Source: Chrysomallon squamiferum
Taxonomy: Eukaryota; Animalia; Mollusca
Length of the DNA stretch: 64,000 nt
Reading direction: 5' to 3'
Assembly: GCA_012295275.1 (NCBI GenBank)
Contig: CM022673.1
Coordinates: 16,802,001 to 16,866,000 of the forward strand
Program-made: the position numbers and the translations under genes
In this document: in pieces, positions 61,811-64,000 of the stretch
How the letters are laid out: each line of letters begins with the position of its first letter
Numbering within the stretch: the first letter of the stretch is position 1
The notes under the pieces: generated by a model
What the model saw: only the letters and a program-made list of their open reading frames with translations
What the model was told of the DNA's origin: nothing
Database searches by the model: none

Positions 61811-64000
61811 CATTATTAAAATTTAACATTCACCAAACACTTTAGCTAACACTACTTATAACATCCAGTCAACTGATCTGGTTTGTAGGTTTTTCTCACT
61901 GATCCAACACGTGACGACTGGTTTTGGTACAAGACTGTGTGTGTAAGTAGTAATAACTTGTAAAGCAAACACCAAACAAGGTCAGCAGCAAACAATATCA
62001 AAAGCCAATGCACTGTATTAAACTGTGTGTGTTTGGACATGCTTCTGGGTGTGAAACTATACTGGTAATCTCAGTACCAGGTTTAAATTAATTCAAAGCT
62101 TTCTAGAGCAATTGGAAACAGGTGTGTACACACTGACAATGTCAAAGTCCACTGGAACTGAATATTTCTTACACTTTGTTTTTACAGACCTTAGACTTAT
62201 TTTAACAATGGGTATTGAATGCCAAACCATTTGAAAATTTGACTTGCATTTTTTTTAATAGAATATCTTCAGCACTCTCTGATTTGTGCTAACAGCAGTG
62301 TGTGATTTTTCATATACACATTTGCATGGTCAGGGAAGCACATACCACACCCTTTGTGTCAGTTCCAATTAATAATGTAATTTTTTTTTTATTTCTTCTT
62401 AAAATTGATATATGTTTATTTTACAATTCACAATATAATAATAATAGTATTGTTATTATTCATTATTGTTTTCATGATTTACTTTTTAGCACTTCAAAGC
62501 TGCTTGTGCCATTATGTCAGAGAAAAGCCTTTTTAAGGATGTTATAAAAGATTTAGCAAATGTGTAATGATTAATCTCATTTCTAACTATATTCATAAAT
62601 ATTTAACATTCAATTATCATGTTGCAGTACTCAACATTTCTTGACAAGAGAAATAATAATAAAATAAATATTGTTAGAAAACCAATTTTCTTCTAGAACA
62701 TGTTGCATGACAACACAACAAGAAGTAATTACAGGAATAAAAACAATGAGAGTTCTTTTTAACCAGGTTTGCTTTTCTCTGTTAAAAACGGGTAATTGAA
62801 GTCACACCTGTTTCCTTAATTAATATAACACATCAACAATGACAACAACAACAACACACACACAGAGAAAAATAAAATATGTATAAATAAAATTAGAGGA
62901 AGCCTGCTGTTAACCATCTCAAAGAGTTATTTTCATTGATTAACAAAAACAAATTATTTTATGATGTCTGATTTACCAGTGTCAGAGCACTCATTTGTAA
63001 TGGAAAAAATCCTATTTCATTTATTCTTGAAAGCATCATTACTCTAACAAGCAAGAAAAATAACCAAAAGCAAGAAACTGCTCCCATGTTTAATTATTAA
63101 CACCAGCTTGATTAAAATCACTTTACATGGGTCATGAACTATGATTTAATGCTATGCAATATGACCCCATCTCATCAAATTAACCCTCGTTTGTTTGCTA
63201 TTGAAAAATTTTCAACTAGTTTGCAAATGGATGCAATCAGATTTGATCTTGGCGAATTAACCCCAGTTAATTCCCTGCTGAAATAACCAATAGATATTTG
63301 AGCTGTTTATACACTGTAAAAGAGGATAAGGTTAATTGAGTGAAGGGTAGAATTACACACATTTTGTAGAAAAATAAAAGAACATGTATTTGTTCCATAA
63401 AAACATCAAACGACTGCATCAGTGACTGTTTTATACCTCCAATATGTCTGCTGGGAATAGCACCCTTCTTTTGAAATAATATTAAAAAAATGTAATTCTT
63501 TTTTTAATTTGATACATTATTTTATGTGCTAATAATAATTATTATTAGAATGAATGATATATATGGAAAAAGAATGTTTTTTTTGAAAATTAATTTTTAA
63601 GAACTCGAATAATGAAAAAATAATAATAATAATAAATAATAATAAATAAAATAAAATAAAAACATAAATAAAATAAATAACAAAAAAATAATAATAAAAA
63701 TAATAAAATATAATAAAATAAATTAAAATAAATAAATTTAAAAGTCAAAATAAATAAATTTTGAACTTAAAAAAACAGACATTATTATCTAAAATATTTG
63801 GCTTACAGGTCTAAATCTAAACCAACTGTGTTGCCATTTCCAATTACTTTGGTAATTTCAGTAACTGTCTCTTTCCATTATAAAGAGATAACTCTCCAAG
63901 CCAATATTATTCTAGCTATTACGTAATGGGTCTGCACGGTGGAGAGGGAGAAAGCTGTTGTATGGACACTGCCAGCCTTGATTAATTTGGCAATGATGAT

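Noticed and set aside
63080-63300. Homeodomain-site-rich stretch resembling a conserved non-coding enhancer
   Set aside because: TAAT motifs are expected in AT-rich DNA, and this cannot be supported without cross-species alignment.

Overview
AT-rich, microsatellite-rich eukaryotic genomic DNA from an invertebrate animal. It is plausibly a mollusc, but the taxon cannot be fixed from sequence alone. Four protein-coding genes were reconstructed by hand from GT-AG boundaries and recalled homologue motifs, with no database search. They are a single-exon-CDS GPR19 class A GPCR (+, 1466-2626), a 7-coding-exon MMADHC/CblD (+, 9067-12500, about 288 aa), a 31-coding-exon NEK10 kinase (+, 16076-34120) and the 3' half of an RBMS/shep RRM gene (-, 53440-56548; 5' exons lie beyond the window). 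Four observations stand out. (1) NEK10 exon 26 carries a frame inconsistency with a stretch open in two frames, and skipping exon 25 would rescue it. (2) Several NEK10 introns contain tandem duplications of their own splice junctions. (3) A 9-aa uORF overlaps the GPR19 start codon (TAATG). (4) There are two orphan promoter-plus-exon signatures, one with an RFX X-box and one with a CRE/YY1 pair. Most other ORF-track entries are microsatellite or low-complexity artefacts.
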